From NCBI GenBank assembly GCA_044240045.1, contig JBIIAC010000001.1, forward strand, positions 8,536-72,535: DNA of 64,000 bases. The letters run 5' to 3'. Every line of letters starts with the position of its first letter. Position 1 is the first letter of the stretch. The notes beneath the pieces were generated by a model. It saw only the letters and a program-made list of their open reading frames with translations, searched no databases and was not told where the DNA came from. This DNA comes from Ilumatobacteraceae bacterium (lineage in GTDB: Bacteria > Actinomycetota > Acidimicrobiia > Acidimicrobiales > Ilumatobacteraceae). This document shows positions 39,731-51,209 of this stretch, piece after piece. A program made the translations under genes and the position numbers.

Positions 39731-42342
39731 GACGCAATTCGTCCAACTGAGCTTGAAGCTGCGACAACTCCTCTAAAACACATTTCGGCAGCTGCGCTAG
39801 CGGCATTCCGATCATCTTCTTCAAAAAGGACTGTCGAAAGCTGGCGAAGTAAATCAATGAGCTGCTTGATGGTTCGCACAAAGTCACCGGCGGTGAGTTC
39901 ATCCTCTTCAAGTACATCTACAAGCGGCGTGCCACTTGCCCAGTCAAGGGCTGCACCCATAAATCCGGCTTCCGGTTGTCGATGAACCACAAGACCATGA
40001 TTGGTTTCCGCGATGGTGAGCCTCTGACTCAATTTCGCTGCGCTTTTCCAGCGCGTCTTAAGTTCATGATTTGGAAAATGAGTTGCAATTGACTCTTCCC
40101 CACCTCGAGCCTGAAACACAAAGACACTTGCCATTGCGGCCATGTTTGAGGCACTTAGTCCATCAAAAATTCCTTCGGAAACACAATTGGCAATCAACAA
40201 GTCAGATTCATGAAAGATGTGCGAGAGCATTTGACCACGTTGTGTCAATGACCAGTCATCAACAAAACCCCATTCGGTAAGCAATTTCACCAATTCATCG
40301 AATTTGTTGCTCACAGATTGAGTGCTGTTGGAGACACGTTTTTGGAGTTGCTCGAGCTCACGATCAATTCGCTCAGCTGATTCGGCGGCAATAAGTCGAA
40401 ATTTCAAATCCGGGTCACTGCCTACCGGATGTTCTTCTTGCGACGTCGTGTGATTCGTAGCGTTTTTTGTTCGGAATGATCGCTTAATCTTCGCTGAAGA
40501 TAAGCGCGATGATGCTTCTTTTAGAAACTTGTTGTTATTCGGCGCGAACGGCGATGGTAACTTGACATAACCGAGGGGCGACACTGGTTGCACAAAGTCG
40601 CGAACTGAAAATGTTTGCACTGATCTTGATCTCGATAATGCAGTAATTTTGGTGCCATCACTTCGCTGCGCAACGGTGAGAACGACCATTCGCTCAGTGT
40701 GCGAAACACTTCCAGCCTCAATGACATCACCCGGACGCAATTCGCTGAGTGACTGATCTATCTCGGAGGGCTGTGCTTTGGAAGTCTTACGAAGGCGGTA
40801 TTCCTCAATATCGCCAAATGGGCTTTCGGCCTGCAGCAAGAGCCGATCTCGTTCTTTGCTACGTCGTTGGATGCGTGCCTGTATTTCAACAACATCTTTG
40901 CCGGATTGAAATTGTGCAAACGAAAGGTTGAGCAGGTGTCTCGCCTGAACCTGAGAGGTGGAACGTATGAGGTTGGCTGCCATGTTGTATGTAGGTCTGA
41001 AAGCTGAGTTGAGAACAAACGATCTGCTGGCAACCAATGTCGCTACCTGATCAAAGGTCACGAAAGGATTCCACACGACTAGCGCGTGTCCTATGTCGTC
41101 CAGCCCTCTCCTTCCAGCACGACCAGTCAACTGCGCAAAATCACTTGGCTTGAGCATTTGGTGATTCTCGCCATTGAATTTAGTTATCTTGTCGAGAACG
41201 ACAGCACGAGCTGGCATGTTGATTCCAACGGCGAGAGTCTCGGTTGCAAAAACGACCTTGACTAAGCCTCGAGCAAAACACGTTTCAACAATCTCTTTGA
41301 AGGTCGGCACGATGCCTGCGTGATGCGAACCGATGCCTGCTTCGAGTTGCTTAACGAATTGAGTGAATTCAAGAGCCGCGAGATCATCATCACTGAAATT
41401 TGCAAGGCGTTCATGCGCTATAAGGACTATCTCCTTCTTTTCCGCAGCAGTAGTGAGTGAAATGCCCATTTTCAAGCACGACTTAGCAGCCTCATCGCAT
41501 TGGTTTCGGCTGAAGATAAAAAAGATTGCAGGTAAAAGATCGGAAGCAGCAAGTTCCTTGATGATCTCAGAACGCTGAGGTGCATACAATCTTTGAGAAG
41601 CACCGTACTGTCGTGATTGTTGACGACCAGAATGTCGGACAGGAGCATTGGTTTTGGATTGCTCGAATCGTGCAACTTCGGGATTTGCTCGGCCATCTAC
41701 CAAAACGTCGAAGGTGCGAACCGAATTTGATGCTTTGTCGCCAACCAAATAGTGGTTGGTGAGTTCAATCGGTCGCTTAGTTTCAACAATTGGCGTTGTC
41801 GGGCCACGAACGGTGGTGAGCCAATCACACAATTCTGTTGCGTTTGAGACTGTTGCTGACAGGCAAACAAGTTGCACTGTTGGTTCGAGATGGATGATCA
41901 CCTCTTCCCAGACTGGGCCTCGATAGGCATCTTGTAAAAAATGCACCTCATCGAGCACTACAACCCCCAACGAATCAAGTGCCTGCGACCTTGCGTAGAT
42001 CATGTTTCGCAAAACTTCTGTCGTCATAACAACAATTGATGCATTCGGATTGATGCTGTTATCCCCTGTCAGCAGACCAACCTTGGACTCACCGTAGAAG
42101 GTACTTAACTCAACAAATTTCTGATTGGATAATGCCTTGATTGGGGCTGTGTAGAACGACCGCAATCCTGCTTTATGTGCTCGTGCAACGGCATATTCGG
42201 CCACAACTGTTTTGCCGGATCCGGTAGGTGCTGCAACCAGCACGTTTAAACCATCGTCGATACTTGCTATGGCATCCAGTTGGAACTTGTCGAGTGCAAA
42301 GTCATACCTCGCAGTTAAATTCGAAGCATCAGAATCCGACAT
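39727..42342 (-). CDS. helY: Ski2-like DEAD/DEAH-box RNA helicase HelY
   Basis: Walker A APTGSGKT, DEVH box, SAT, HHAG, and a C-terminal DSHCT-like region. Its position next to tatC matches the mycobacterial arrangement. Confidence 0.9.
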   Translation of the reverse strand: MSDSDASNLTARYDFALDKFQLDAIASIDDGLNVLVAAPTGSGKTVVAEYAVARAHKAGLRSFYTAPIKALSNQKFVELSTFYGESKVGLLTGDNSINPNASIVVMTTEVLRNMIYARSQALDSLGVVVLDEVHFLQDAYRGPVWEEVIIHLEPTVQLVCLSATVSNATELCDWLTTVRGPTTPIVETKRPIELTNHYLVGDKASNSVRTFDVLVDGRANPEVARFEQSKTNAPVRHSGRQQSRQYGASQRLYAPQRSEIIKELAASDLLPAIFFIFSRNQCDEAAKSCLKMGISLTTAAEKKEIVLIAHERLANFSDDDLAALEFTQFVKQLEAGIGSHHAGIVPTFKEIVETCFARGLVKVVFATETLAVGINMPARAVVLDKITKFNGENHQMLKPSDFAQLTGRAGRRGLDDIGHALVVWNPFVTFDQVATLVASRSFVLNSAFRPTYNMAANLIRSTSQVQARHLLNLSFAQFQSGKDVVEIQARIQRRSKERDRLLLQAESPFGDIEEYRLRKTSKAQPSEIDQSLSELRPGDVIEAGSVSHTERMVVLTVAQRSDGTKITALSRSRSVQTFSVRDFVQPVSPLGYVKLPSPFAPNNNKFLKEASSRLSSAKIKRSFRTKNATNHTTSQEEHPVGSDPDLKFRLIAAESAERIDRELEQLQKRVSNSTQSVSNKFDELVKLLTEWGFVDDWSLTQRGQMLSHIFHESDLLIANCVSEGIFDGLSASNMAAMASVFVFQARGGEESIATHFPNHELKTRWKSAAKLSQRLTIAETNHGLVVHRQPEAGFMGAALDWASGTPLVDVLEEDELTAGDFVRTIKQLIDLLRQLSTVLFEEDDRNAASAAAEMCFRGVVAASSSVGRIAS

Positions 42343-42347
42343 GGTTA

Positions 42348-43160
42348 TTACAAGTCATCGAAATCATCGAAGCCGTCGTCTTTTGATTTCTTTCGTTTGC
42401 GTCGTTGAACAACAAAACCAATAATCACCGCGAGAACATAGAGGACGGTCATTGGTACTGCCAGTGCGAGCATGCTGACTGGATCGCCACTTGGGGTAAT
42501 CACCGCTGCGATAAGAAACACGACCATTATTGCTATTCGCCATTGTTTACGGAGCTGCTGTGGTGTGACGGCGCCTACCAACTGTAAGAAAACAACTACA
42601 ACCGGAAGGAGGAATCCAGCTCCAAAAGCAAGAACCATGAGCGCAACCAAACTGATGTACTTTGCTATTTGGTAAGTCTGATTTACGTCAGCTCCAGACC
42701 ATGAAATAAGAAACTCAAGAGCTCTGTCGAGTGTCCAGAACGCGAGTGCGCCACCAAATATAAAGAGGAGAAATGATGACACCGCAAATGGAATCGCGTA
42801 CTTCTTTTCCTTGACGCTCATTGCGGGCGATACGAATCTCCAAAGTTGCCAAAGAATAATTGGTACTGAGATGATGATTCCGCCGTATCCCGCGATTCGC
42901 ATTCGTGAAGCTAGGCCTTCAATTGGGCCAAGTGCATACAACGAACCGTCACAGTTGAAATCTGGACGAGTCTCGCAGATATTGCGATATGGCTGCGTGA
43001 GAAAATGTAGAACCTGATCATAAAAAATTAAAATAACAGCAGCGCAGATAGCGATGGAGAGGCTCGCACGGATGATTCGCATCCGTAGCTCTGAGAGATG
43101 GGCCATGATCGACATGGGCTCGGAGCCACTGACTGCGGACTTAGAAAAGCGCCACGCCAT
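42348..43160 (-). CDS. tatC: Twin-arginine translocase subunit TatC
   Basis: HLSELRMRIIRA N-terminus, six TM segments, 270 aa. Confidence 0.92.
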   Translation of the reverse strand: MAWRFSKSAVSGSEPMSIMAHLSELRMRIIRASLSIAICAAVILIFYDQVLHFLTQPYRNICETRPDFNCDGSLYALGPIEGLASRMRIAGYGGIIISVPIILWQLWRFVSPAMSVKEKKYAIPFAVSSFLLFIFGGALAFWTLDRALEFLISWSGADVNQTYQIAKYISLVALMVLAFGAGFLLPVVVVFLQLVGAVTPQQLRKQWRIAIMVVFLIAAVITPSGDPVSMLALAVPMTVLYVLAVIIGFVVQRRKRKKSKDDGFDDFDDL

Positions 43161-43567
43161 TATTTTTCATCCTTGATGTCATACTCAATGATCGTGGGCT
43201 CAAGGCTCAATTCTTCGACGACACTGGGAGCAGCTTCGTAAGGGATGAACTGCGGCTCAATTGCAGGTTCTAGTTTTTCTTGAGCTGCACTCTCTTTAAA
43301 AACTGAGGTTGTTTGGACATATTCACTTTCAACCTGTTTTGATGCGTCTGTGAAAACAGTCTTGTACTCATTTGCCGCTTTTTGCATATCCCGAATTGGT
43401 TCTGCAAATGCGCCCCTGAATTCAGACTGCGCGTCACCTGTAATGCGTTTAAATTGTCCATACAACTGTCCCATCTTTCGCAAGACCGGTGGAAGTTTTT
43501 CGGGACCAAGTACCACGAGACCGAGAATCAGTAGAAAAATGATCTCGCTTCCCGAGAAATTGAACAT
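43160..43567 (-). CDS. tatA: Twin-arginine translocase TatA/TatB-family subunit
   Basis: N-terminal TM segment plus hinge, IIFLLILGLVVLGPEKLP, then an amphipathic helix. At 135 aa it is nearer TatB in length. Confidence 0.85.
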   Translation of the reverse strand: MFNFSGSEIIFLLILGLVVLGPEKLPPVLRKMGQLYGQFKRITGDAQSEFRGAFAEPIRDMQKAANEYKTVFTDASKQVESEYVQTTSVFKESAAQEKLEPAIEPQFIPYEAAPSVVEELSLEPTIIEYDIKDEK

Positions 43568-43594
43568 TTCAACAGTCTAAAGCCTGAAGATACT

Positions 43595-44329
43595 TTGCCA
43601 TATCATTGCGTTGTGCAGCAACGGCTACCTTCCATCCTCAGTACACAGATTCTTTTCGCCCATCGTGGAGCGAGCGCTTATGCCCCCGAGAACACTCTTG
43701 CAGCGTTCTCACTCGCACTCAAGTTAGGCGTCAATGGATTGGAGAGCGACATTTGGTCGACCCGTGATGGGATGCTCGTGCTCGATCATGACGGAGTGGT
43801 GAAATCACGTCTTCGGTCCAAGCCAATCGCAGAATTGAATAAGTCGGAGTTGCCTCCTCACATACCGAGCCTTGAGGAGTTACTGCAACATTGCGGAACG
43901 CAATACCAATTGAGCCTGGACATCAAAGATCCTAAAGTTTTTGAAACCATTGAAAGAACGGTCGCAAATATCGATGAGTCAATGCTTGAGAGGCTGTGGC
44001 TTTGCCATCCAAGCTTCGACTTATTGATAAACAAGCGAAGTTCGGTTTCCAGATGCAAACTTGTTGATTCGACTCGACTAGCAAAAATCAAGGAAGGCCC
44101 TGAGCGTCGCGCAGCAACACTTGCGGCAAATGGTATTGAGGCGTTCAATATGCACTATTCGGATTGGAACGGCGGACTAGTAGCGCTCTTTCACCGTTTT
44201 AACATTGTCAGCTTTGGTTGGGATATGCAGCATGAGGCTGTGATTGACAATGGAATTCGTATGGGACTGGATGGGGTGTTTAGTGATTGGCCGGACCGAA
44301 TGGTCGAAGTCAACAGCAAACAGAGTTAA
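43595..44329 (+). CDS. Glycerophosphodiester phosphodiesterase family protein (second copy in the window)
   Basis: FAHRGASAYAPENTLAAF and ESDIWSTRDG motifs. TTG start. Confidence 0.82.
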   Translation: MPYHCVVQQRLPSILSTQILFAHRGASAYAPENTLAAFSLALKLGVNGLESDIWSTRDGMLVLDHDGVVKSRLRSKPIAELNKSELPPHIPSLEELLQHCGTQYQLSLDIKDPKVFETIERTVANIDESMLERLWLCHPSFDLLINKRSSVSRCKLVDSTRLAKIKEGPERRAATLAANGIEAFNMHYSDWNGGLVALFHRFNIVSFGWDMQHEAVIDNGIRMGLDGVFSDWPDRMVEVNSKQS

Positions 44330-44919
44330 AGAAACTTTGTAGCGTCCAACGGCCAGATGATCACAAATGCTCGACCAACTACAAGTGCTTGCTCTATCGG
44401 TCCGAACATGCGACTGTCAAAAGATTGTGGACGGTTATCGCCCATCACGAATAATTGATTCTGAGGAATAGTCATTTCTTCCATCACGGGCACACGACAA
44501 CGATCTTCTAACACAGTTTGCGCAAGATCGAATTCGTTTAGATATGACTCACTCAATAACTCACCATTTATGAAAACCTTGCAATCTTTTATGGAAATTT
44601 TTTCACCGCTGAGCGCAATGACGCGTTTGATTAGATCATCATGTTGAACGATTTCGCCGTCTACCGTCACTCTGTCGAATACCACGACGTCCCCCCGACG
44701 TATGTCGTGCAATCGGTATGACAGTTTGTTCACCAGCACGCGGTTGTCTTGAAACATGGTCGCTTCCATGCTTGGGCCAGATATATAAAATTGCTGCAAT
44801 ATTAAGGTTCGAACCGTAATCGCAATAACTAACGCAACAACGAGTACCGTCACCCATTCGCGAATGATTTGTGCGCCCTTACTGGCGGAAGGCAAAGATT
44901 GTGGCTGTTCAGAACTCAT
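44326..44919 (-). CDS. lepB: Signal peptidase I
   Basis: TM anchor, catalytic Ser box ISGPSMEATM, Lys box, and GDNRPQSFDSR. I prefer the ATG at 44919 because the track start would overlap pafA. Confidence 0.88.
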   Translation of the reverse strand: MSSEQPQSLPSASKGAQIIREWVTVLVVALVIAITVRTLILQQFYISGPSMEATMFQDNRVLVNKLSYRLHDIRRGDVVVFDRVTVDGEIVQHDDLIKRVIALSGEKISIKDCKVFINGELLSESYLNEFDLAQTVLEDRCRVPVMEEMTIPQNQLFVMGDNRPQSFDSRMFGPIEQALVVGRAFVIIWPLDATKFL

Positions 44920-44951
44920 CAGCCTGTAACGGTAGCCGCAGGGATGGACTA

Positions 44952-46310
44952 CTAGAGCGATGCGATGAGTTTTTCGACTCGATCGTCTTGAGATACAAAC
45001 GGATCTTTGCACATCACTGTTTTTTGTGCTTGGTCATTAATTTTGAGATGTACCCAATCGACTGTGTAATCTCGTTTTTTGTCTTTTGCAGCGACGATAA
45101 ATTCGGATCGCAGTTTTGCTCGCGTCGTCTGGGGCGCAATATCCATTGCCGCAACGATGTCTTCTTCGGTGCATATTCGATCGACCATCGAGCGGGCCTG
45201 CATTCGATAAAAAATCCCTCTGTCTTGACGAATGTCGTGGTACTGCAAGTCAAGTGTTTGTACGCGAGGGTCGTCTAGTGCGAGTCCGTGTTTCGACCGA
45301 AATGCTTCGATCAGGTTGTGCTTGATCACCCAATCAATCTCTGTACCGAGTTTCAGCGGGTCATTCTCAATGGTCGTAACGCAGTGCTCCCACATCTCAA
45401 GTGCCCTCTGCTCCGGTGCAGTGAACCCATGTGAGTCAGCAAATTTCAGAGCACTATTGAGGTATTCGCGTTGAATGTCCAAAGCCGAAAGTTCTCGCCC
45501 ACTTTCTAGTCGAACCTTTTTTCGACACGTGATGTCATGGCTAAAGTCCCTGATTGCTCGCATGGGATTCTCGAGGGTTAAATCACGCAATGAGACATGC
45601 TGAGCTTCGATCATTCTCAACATGCACGCGGTACTTCCTAATTTCAAAAATGTTGTGTATTCGCTCATGTTTGAGTCGCCGACAATGACGTGAAGGCGAC
45701 GATACATATCGGCATCAGCGTGTGGTTCGTCCCTCGTGTTAATTATTGGCCTGCTACGTGTAGTCGCGGAACTCATTGACTCCCAAATGTGCTCTGCGCG
45801 CTGAGCAATACTAAAAATTGGTCCTCGTGCAGTTTGCAGGACTTGGCCTGCTCCAGTGAAAATCTGGCGAGAAATAAGAAATGGGATGAGGTGCTGCTGA
45901 TACTTATCAGGCTCAGCATTTCGCCGTGTTAGATAATTCTCGTGGCAACCATAGGAGTTTCCTGCTGAATCGGTGTTGTTCTTGAACAGATAAATAGTCC
46001 CACGGATACCTTCGTCCTTGAGTCGCTGTTCGGCCCCAATAAGCAACTCTTCGAGTTTTCGTTCCCCCGCCTTGTCATGCACGGTGCATTCATAAATCGA
46101 ATCGCACTCTGGTGTTGCATATTCGGGATGCGAACCTACATCTAAATACAGTCGTGCGCCATTTTCGAGAAATACATTTGAACTTCTTCCCCACGAGACA
46201 ACTCTGCGAAAAAGATAACGGGCAACTTCGTCAGGGCTGAGCCGACGTTGACCTCGTAATGTGCATGTAACGCCGTATTCGGTTTCGATGCCGAAGATGC
46301 GTTTGTCCAT
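44952..46310 (-). CDS. pafA: Pup--protein ligase PafA
   Basis: [11 protein letters not shown]-terminus of the carboxylate-amine ligase fold, 452 aa. It is a paralogue of the dop gene in this window and lies next to prcA. Confidence 0.92.
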   Translation of the reverse strand: MDKRIFGIETEYGVTCTLRGQRRLSPDEVARYLFRRVVSWGRSSNVFLENGARLYLDVGSHPEYATPECDSIYECTVHDKAGERKLEELLIGAEQRLKDEGIRGTIYLFKNNTDSAGNSYGCHENYLTRRNAEPDKYQQHLIPFLISRQIFTGAGQVLQTARGPIFSIAQRAEHIWESMSSATTRSRPIINTRDEPHADADMYRRLHVIVGDSNMSEYTTFLKLGSTACMLRMIEAQHVSLRDLTLENPMRAIRDFSHDITCRKKVRLESGRELSALDIQREYLNSALKFADSHGFTAPEQRALEMWEHCVTTIENDPLKLGTEIDWVIKHNLIEAFRSKHGLALDDPRVQTLDLQYHDIRQDRGIFYRMQARSMVDRICTEEDIVAAMDIAPQTTRAKLRSEFIVAAKDKKRDYTVDWVHLKINDQAQKTVMCKDPFVSQDDRVEKLIASL

Positions 46311-46323
46311 GACAATCGCTGAG

Positions 46324-47001
46324 TTAAACCAAATATTGAGTAATTACTGATTCGCTCAGTCTGGTGAAGCATCGACGCGAATTATTGCGAACAAGAACAG
46401 CCACCTCGAGTTCGGACGAATTGATTGGCGAGCCGTCCATACTCAGGGATTGATGAGCGAACTTGACAGCATTTTGCAAATTTGAACCAGCTATAAAACG
46501 TTCTGCCATGCGTCCTCTGATGGTCTCCATGTCTCCGCCCAACACAGTGAACTGGTGCTCATCGATAACGGTGCCGTCATACATAATGTGAAACAACTGA
46601 TCCCTATCCGGTGTAAGTCCTACTTCTGCAACGAGTATCTCAACTTCAAGTGGTTTCATTTCGTGAGTAAAAGTCTGACCAAGTATTTGCGCATACTGGT
46701 TTGCTAATCCGCGAGCATCAACGTCCAGACGAGAGAATTGGTAGCCCTTGAGATCTGCGGCTCGCACGCCTGCTACTCGCAACTGATCAAATTCGTTGTA
46801 TTTGCCAACACCAGCAAATGCTATGCGGTCATATATTTCGCTAATTTTACGCAGAGTGTTAGATGGGTTTTCGGCTACGAGTGCAATTCCGTCGTCGTAT
46901 TGCAATGCAACTAAGGCTCTACCGCGAGCAATACCTTTTCGCGCATAGTCGGCGCGATCCTTCATCATCTGCTCTGGCGCTACATAGAACGGCATGCTCA
47001 T
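46324..47001 (-). CDS. prcA: 20S proteasome alpha subunit
   Basis: [25 protein letters not shown]-terminus typical of actinobacterial PrcA. ATGA-type overlap with prcB. Confidence 0.92.
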   Translation of the reverse strand: MSMPFYVAPEQMMKDRADYARKGIARGRALVALQYDDGIALVAENPSNTLRKISEIYDRIAFAGVGKYNEFDQLRVAGVRAADLKGYQFSRLDVDARGLANQYAQILGQTFTHEMKPLEVEILVAEVGLTPDRDQLFHIMYDGTVIDEHQFTVLGGDMETIRGRMAERFIAGSNLQNAVKFAHQSLSMDGSPINSSELEVAVLVRNNSRRCFTRLSESVITQYLV

Positions 47002-47783
47002 CGCTGACCAACACCCTTTGCTATTGCTTCATACGTGACCTTTAGTTGTGAATCATCTATCCGCGTAAAACCTTCACTCGTGATTGATGCGACAACTGGG
47101 TAGATACCTCTCAGCGCATCTGGTCCACCAGTAGCTGAATCAGCATCTGATGCTTCCCACAAAGCTCGAGCCGTGAGAACGACACCTTCTTCAACGGTCA
47201 TGTCACGCTTCCAACCCATGCGCAATACGGTGCCTGCGTGCAACATGCCAGATCCAGTGGCAACAAAATCATGCTCTTCGTATCTGCCACCTGTTGCGTC
47301 GTAGTTCCACAATCGACCATGTTTAAGCAGTGTGTCATAGCCAGCAAATATTGGCACAACCATAAAACCTTGCATTGCTGCAGGAAGATTGCTTCGGACA
47401 AACATCGATAACTGGTTTGCTTTACCTTCTAATGAAAGTGATTGACCTTCAACTTTTTCATAGTGTTCGATTTGCAACTGAAACAACTTCACCATTTCCA
47501 TTGCAGGACCAGCAGCTCCAGCGATAGCAACTCCACTGAACTGGTCGGCTTGAACCACCTTTTCCATTTCGCGATGGCTGATCAAATTGCCAGATGTGGC
47601 TCGTCGATCTCCCGCCATTACAACTCCGTTGGCGCAACGAAGAGCTACACAAGTTGTTGCGTGTGGGACAAGCATTTCATTACCAGGAACAGAATCACCA
47701 AATGGCGACAATCCGACTCGCTTCAGTAGTTCGCCAAAACTTGCACCGGGATCCCGCTCAAAGGAAAACATCGGCATTGACAT
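46998..47783 (-). CDS. prcB: 20S proteasome beta subunit (with propeptide)
   Basis: Propeptide followed by the HA-TTCVAL Thr1 site and GDRRATSG. Confidence 0.92.
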   Translation of the reverse strand: MSMPMFSFERDPGASFGELLKRVGLSPFGDSVPGNEMLVPHATTCVALRCANGVVMAGDRRATSGNLISHREMEKVVQADQFSGVAIAGAAGPAMEMVKLFQLQIEHYEKVEGQSLSLEGKANQLSMFVRSNLPAAMQGFMVVPIFAGYDTLLKHGRLWNYDATGGRYEEHDFVATGSGMLHAGTVLRMGWKRDMTVEEGVVLTARALWEASDADSATGGPDALRGIYPVVASITSEGFTRIDDSQLKVTYEAIAKGVGQR

Positions 47784-47800
47784 AGAACTGTAGGTTAGGG

Positions 47801-47995
47801 CTATTGCCCACCTTTTTGCACGTAGCTTTTGACGAACTCCTCGGCATTGGTTTCGAGCACTTCATCAATTTCGTCGAGCAGGCTGTCTAGTTCAGCAGTG
47901 AGATTCTTAGTGGTGCCACTTGCGGCCACCGGGGCTTCTGCTGCAGGTGTAGCTGACTTCCTTGATGATGAAGTCTTTTTGATTTGCTCTGGCAT
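47801..47995 (-). CDS. pup: Prokaryotic ubiquitin-like protein Pup
   Basis: 64 aa with a disordered N-terminus and the helix LDSLLDEIDEVLETNAEEFVKSYVQKGGQ ending in GGQ. Confidence 0.95.
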   Translation of the reverse strand: MPEQIKKTSSSRKSATPAAEAPVAASGTTKNLTAELDSLLDEIDEVLETNAEEFVKSYVQKGGQ

Positions 47996-48041
47996 ATTTG
48001 AACCATAGCCAAAAACAGGTCCTATCGCTAGCCCGCTTTAG

Positions 48042-49541
48042 TCAAAATCCGACGCTCAGTTTTTCGATAAGTTCTGAAGGGCTCCGGGATTCGGCAAGCA
48101 ACTTCCCAACCAAGTTTCGTGTTCCACGAAGTGGCTCAGGCATGGGAATGCGTTTAAGACCCGAATTGGGTATGTCGAAAACAACACTGTCCCAGTTGGC
48201 GGCGATCACATCATTTGGCCATCGTTGCAAAACCGTGCCACGAAAGTATGCGCGAGTGCTCTCTGGAGGATTGACCATGGCAGATATCACATCGGTTTGA
48301 TCGCACAACTGAACCAGACCCGCCTTCAGTGCCAAACACTTTTCTAGTCGCATGTCGTGATACTGCAGGTCGATCGCTTTTAGACGGGCATCGTTTTCCT
48401 GCAAACCGTGTCGCTCCGCAAACCCGTCCACAATTCGCTTCTTAGCGAGCCAGTCAACAACGTTTGCAACCGAAGATGGGTCATTCTCAAGTCCGTCCAG
48501 TACGCCTCTCCACCTCACCAACACATCATTTCCTACTTCGTTATCCACCGACTCAAGTCCGTGTCGAGCGGCATACTGTGTTGCCGCTTCTAAAATCTCC
48601 AATTGAATTTGAAGTGCTGTGAGCATGCGACCATCTGCCATGGTGATGAGAGCACTCAGTGATGTGTCGTGACTCACTTGACGAATAGATTGAACCGGAT
48701 CTTTGATGGTGAGATGCTCTGGAAAGGCATCATCTTCGATCATCGCAAGCACAATCGATGTGCTCCCAAGTTTGATCAACGTTGCAACTTCGCTCATATT
48801 GGCGTCACCAGCGATTACATGCAATCTTCGATATTTTGTCGGATCGCAATGCGGTTCATCGCGCGTGTTGACAATTGGGCGTTTAAGTGTTGTTTCTAAT
48901 CCAATATCTTCTTCAAAAAAATCCGCACGTTGACTGATTTGAAACGCAGGATTTTTTCCACCCTTGTGGGCGAGTCCCCTGTGTTCGGCTCCGACTTTGC
49001 CGGCTCCGCAGAAAATCTGTCTGGTGACAAAGTGAGTGGTTATTTGTTGCGCGATCTGCGCAAAGGGTGTCTGTCTTGAGACCAAGTAATTTTCGTGGCA
49101 ACCATAACTATTACCTTTGCCATCCGAGTTATTTTTATAGATAACAATCTCAGATCCTTCAGGTAACCCATCATTCGCAAGCTGCATGCTTTTGCGAATA
49201 ATTTCTTCTCCAGCGCGATCGAACAAGACCGCTTCCAGGGCGTTGCGGCACTCTGGAGTACTTACCTCTGGGTGTGCATGGTCTACGTAGTAGCGCGCAC
49301 CATTGGTGAGAACAGTATTAACAAGTTGACTCTCGTATTCGGGAAATAGGTAGTCGTCGAGTGAATAACCCCTGGCATCGTTGCCGGGATGCTCGTCGAT
49401 GTAGTCCCAGCCAACAAGGTCTTCGTTGCCCCTGGAATACGAGTTGACGATGATCGATGAAGCAGTGATCGGGTTTACATCTCCACCCTTAAAGATGATC
49501 CCGTATTCAGTCTCGATTCCGCAAACTTTGGGTGTTGCCAC
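48042..49541 (-). CDS. dop: Pup deamidase/depupylase Dop
   Basis: VCGIETEYGI N-terminus. It is a paralogue of pafA with an extra internal loop, and lies between mpa and pup. Confidence 0.92.
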   Translation of the reverse strand: MATPKVCGIETEYGIIFKGGDVNPITASSIIVNSYSRGNEDLVGWDYIDEHPGNDARGYSLDDYLFPEYESQLVNTVLTNGARYYVDHAHPEVSTPECRNALEAVLFDRAGEEIIRKSMQLANDGLPEGSEIVIYKNNSDGKGNSYGCHENYLVSRQTPFAQIAQQITTHFVTRQIFCGAGKVGAEHRGLAHKGGKNPAFQISQRADFFEEDIGLETTLKRPIVNTRDEPHCDPTKYRRLHVIAGDANMSEVATLIKLGSTSIVLAMIEDDAFPEHLTIKDPVQSIRQVSHDTSLSALITMADGRMLTALQIQLEILEAATQYAARHGLESVDNEVGNDVLVRWRGVLDGLENDPSSVANVVDWLAKKRIVDGFAERHGLQENDARLKAIDLQYHDMRLEKCLALKAGLVQLCDQTDVISAMVNPPESTRAYFRGTVLQRWPNDVIAANWDSVVFDIPNSGLKRIPMPEPLRGTRNLVGKLLAESRSPSELIEKLSVGF

Positions 49542-51209
49542 TTAGAGATACTGCCCTGTTGCCGTTCGCTCAATAGCCTTACCACCCAATTCGCGACCGG
49601 CCTGAGTTTCGTCTTGATCATGAACCAAGGTACGAATAAAGACAATTCGTTCGCCCTTTTTGCCAGATATCTTCGCCCAATCGTCAGGGTTCGTGGTGTT
49701 GGGAAGATCTTCATGCTCTTTGAATTCCTGATGTATCGAATCCAATAAGTCTTGTACGCAAATACCTTTTGAGCCTTGATCGATCAGTCGCTTAATCGCG
49801 AGCTTCTTGGCACGACGAACAATATTCTCAATCATTGCTCCAGACGAGAAATCTTTGAAATACATGATTTCTTTCTCGCCGTTTTGATACGTAACTTCCA
49901 AAAATCTGTTGTCGTCTGTGGTTGCGTACATCTCAACCACTGCTTGTTCAACCATTTGCTGGACTGCTACTTGAGTATCCCCTCCACCCAAGCTCTCGAT
50001 TTCAGATTGGGATATCGGTAGATCACTCGTTAAGTACCGGGCGAAGATCTGCCTAGCAGCGTTCGCGTCGGGACGTTCTATCTTGATCTTTACACCTAGT
50101 CGACCAGGTCGCAAAATTGCAGGGTCAATGAGATCCTCGCGATTCGTTGCGCCGATCACGATGACATTTCGCAGACCTTCAACGCCATCAATTTCGGCGA
50201 GAAGTTGTGGAACAATTGTTGATTCCATATCTGATGAAATACCAGTTCCACGAGTACGGAACATCGAATCCATCTCATCAAAAAAGATAATTACGGGCCA
50301 ACCTTCATCGCTCTTTTCGCGCGCTCGTTCGAATATCAATCTAATTTGCCGCTCGGTTTCTCCAACGTACTTATTGAGCAATTCGGGGCCCTTGATATTG
50401 ATGAAATAGCTACGACCTTTGTCGTCTCCTGTTCGAGAAGCAACTTTGCGCGCGAGGCTGTTAGCGACAGCCTTTGCAATTAAAGTTTTGCCACAACCAG
50501 GAGGTCCGTATAGGAGTATTCCTTTGGGCGCAGGTAATTGATGTTCTGCAAATAAATCTGCATGTAAAAATGGCAACTCCACCGCATCCGCGATCTGCTC
50601 AATTTGTGAATCAAGACCTCCGATATCTGAGTAAGAAATATTGGGAATTTCTTGCAGCAGAAGATGCTCAACTTCGGGTTGTTCCAATTTTTCGAGGAGT
50701 AGGTTCGAGCGCGAATCCAGCCGCAACAAATCTCCTGATCGCAAATGCATACCTCTAATTGCGGTGGCTAATTCGCACACTCTCTCGTCGTCTCCACGAA
50801 CTATGACGATTGCTCTGATGCCATCCTCAAGTACTTCTTTTAACGAAACGACTTCGCCACTTAAGTCGCTACCCCGCTCAAGGACGATGTTCAATGCATC
50901 GTTCAGCATCACTTCTGAACCCAGCTGCAAATGATCTACGTCTACATCTGAGTGAGCAGTGACTCTGATTTTTCGACCGTTCGTGAGAACGTCAACCGTT
51001 TGATCAGCATTGACCCCAACCACAGTTCCGTATGAGCCTGGTGCTCGAGTGAGTTTGTCAACTTCATCTCGCAGAGAAGCAATGTGTTCACGAGCTTCAC
51101 GAAGTGTGTATGAAAGCTTTTCGTTCTGACCAGTTAAACGTGCAATTTGAATCTTCGTGTCAGCCAATGACGCCCCCTCGGCGGCGTCCCGCTCCGTGCT
51201 AGATGTCAT
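49542..51209 (-). CDS. mpa: Proteasome-associated AAA ATPase Mpa/ARC
   Basis: N-terminal coiled coil, OB region, Walker A GPPGCGKT, Walker B IIFFDEMD, and a C-terminal QYL tail. Confidence 0.95.
   Translation of the reverse strand: MTSSTERDAAEGASLADTKIQIARLTGQNEKLSYTLREAREHIASLRDEVDKLTRAPGSYGTVVGVNADQTVDVLTNGRKIRVTAHSDVDVDHLQLGSEVMLNDALNIVLERGSDLSGEVVSLKEVLEDGIRAIVIVRGDDERVCELATAIRGMHLRSGDLLRLDSRSNLLLEKLEQPEVEHLLLQEIPNISYSDIGGLDSQIEQIADAVELPFLHADLFAEHQLPAPKGILLYGPPGCGKTLIAKAVANSLARKVASRTGDDKGRSYFINIKGPELLNKYVGETERQIRLIFERAREKSDEGWPVIIFFDEMDSMFRTRGTGISSDMESTIVPQLLAEIDGVEGLRNVIVIGATNREDLIDPAILRPGRLGVKIKIERPDANAARQIFARYLTSDLPISQSEIESLGGGDTQVAVQQMVEQAVVEMYATTDDNRFLEVTYQNGEKEIMYFKDFSSGAMIENIVRRAKKLAIKRLIDQGSKGICVQDLLDSIHQEFKEHEDLPNTTNPDDWAKISGKKGERIVFIRTLVHDQDETQAGRELGGKAIERTATGQYL

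Noticed and set aside
44952-49541. pafA and dop as a recent duplication or repeat
   Set aside because: They are ancient paralogues expected in every pupylation locus. Their DNA sequences are clearly diverged.
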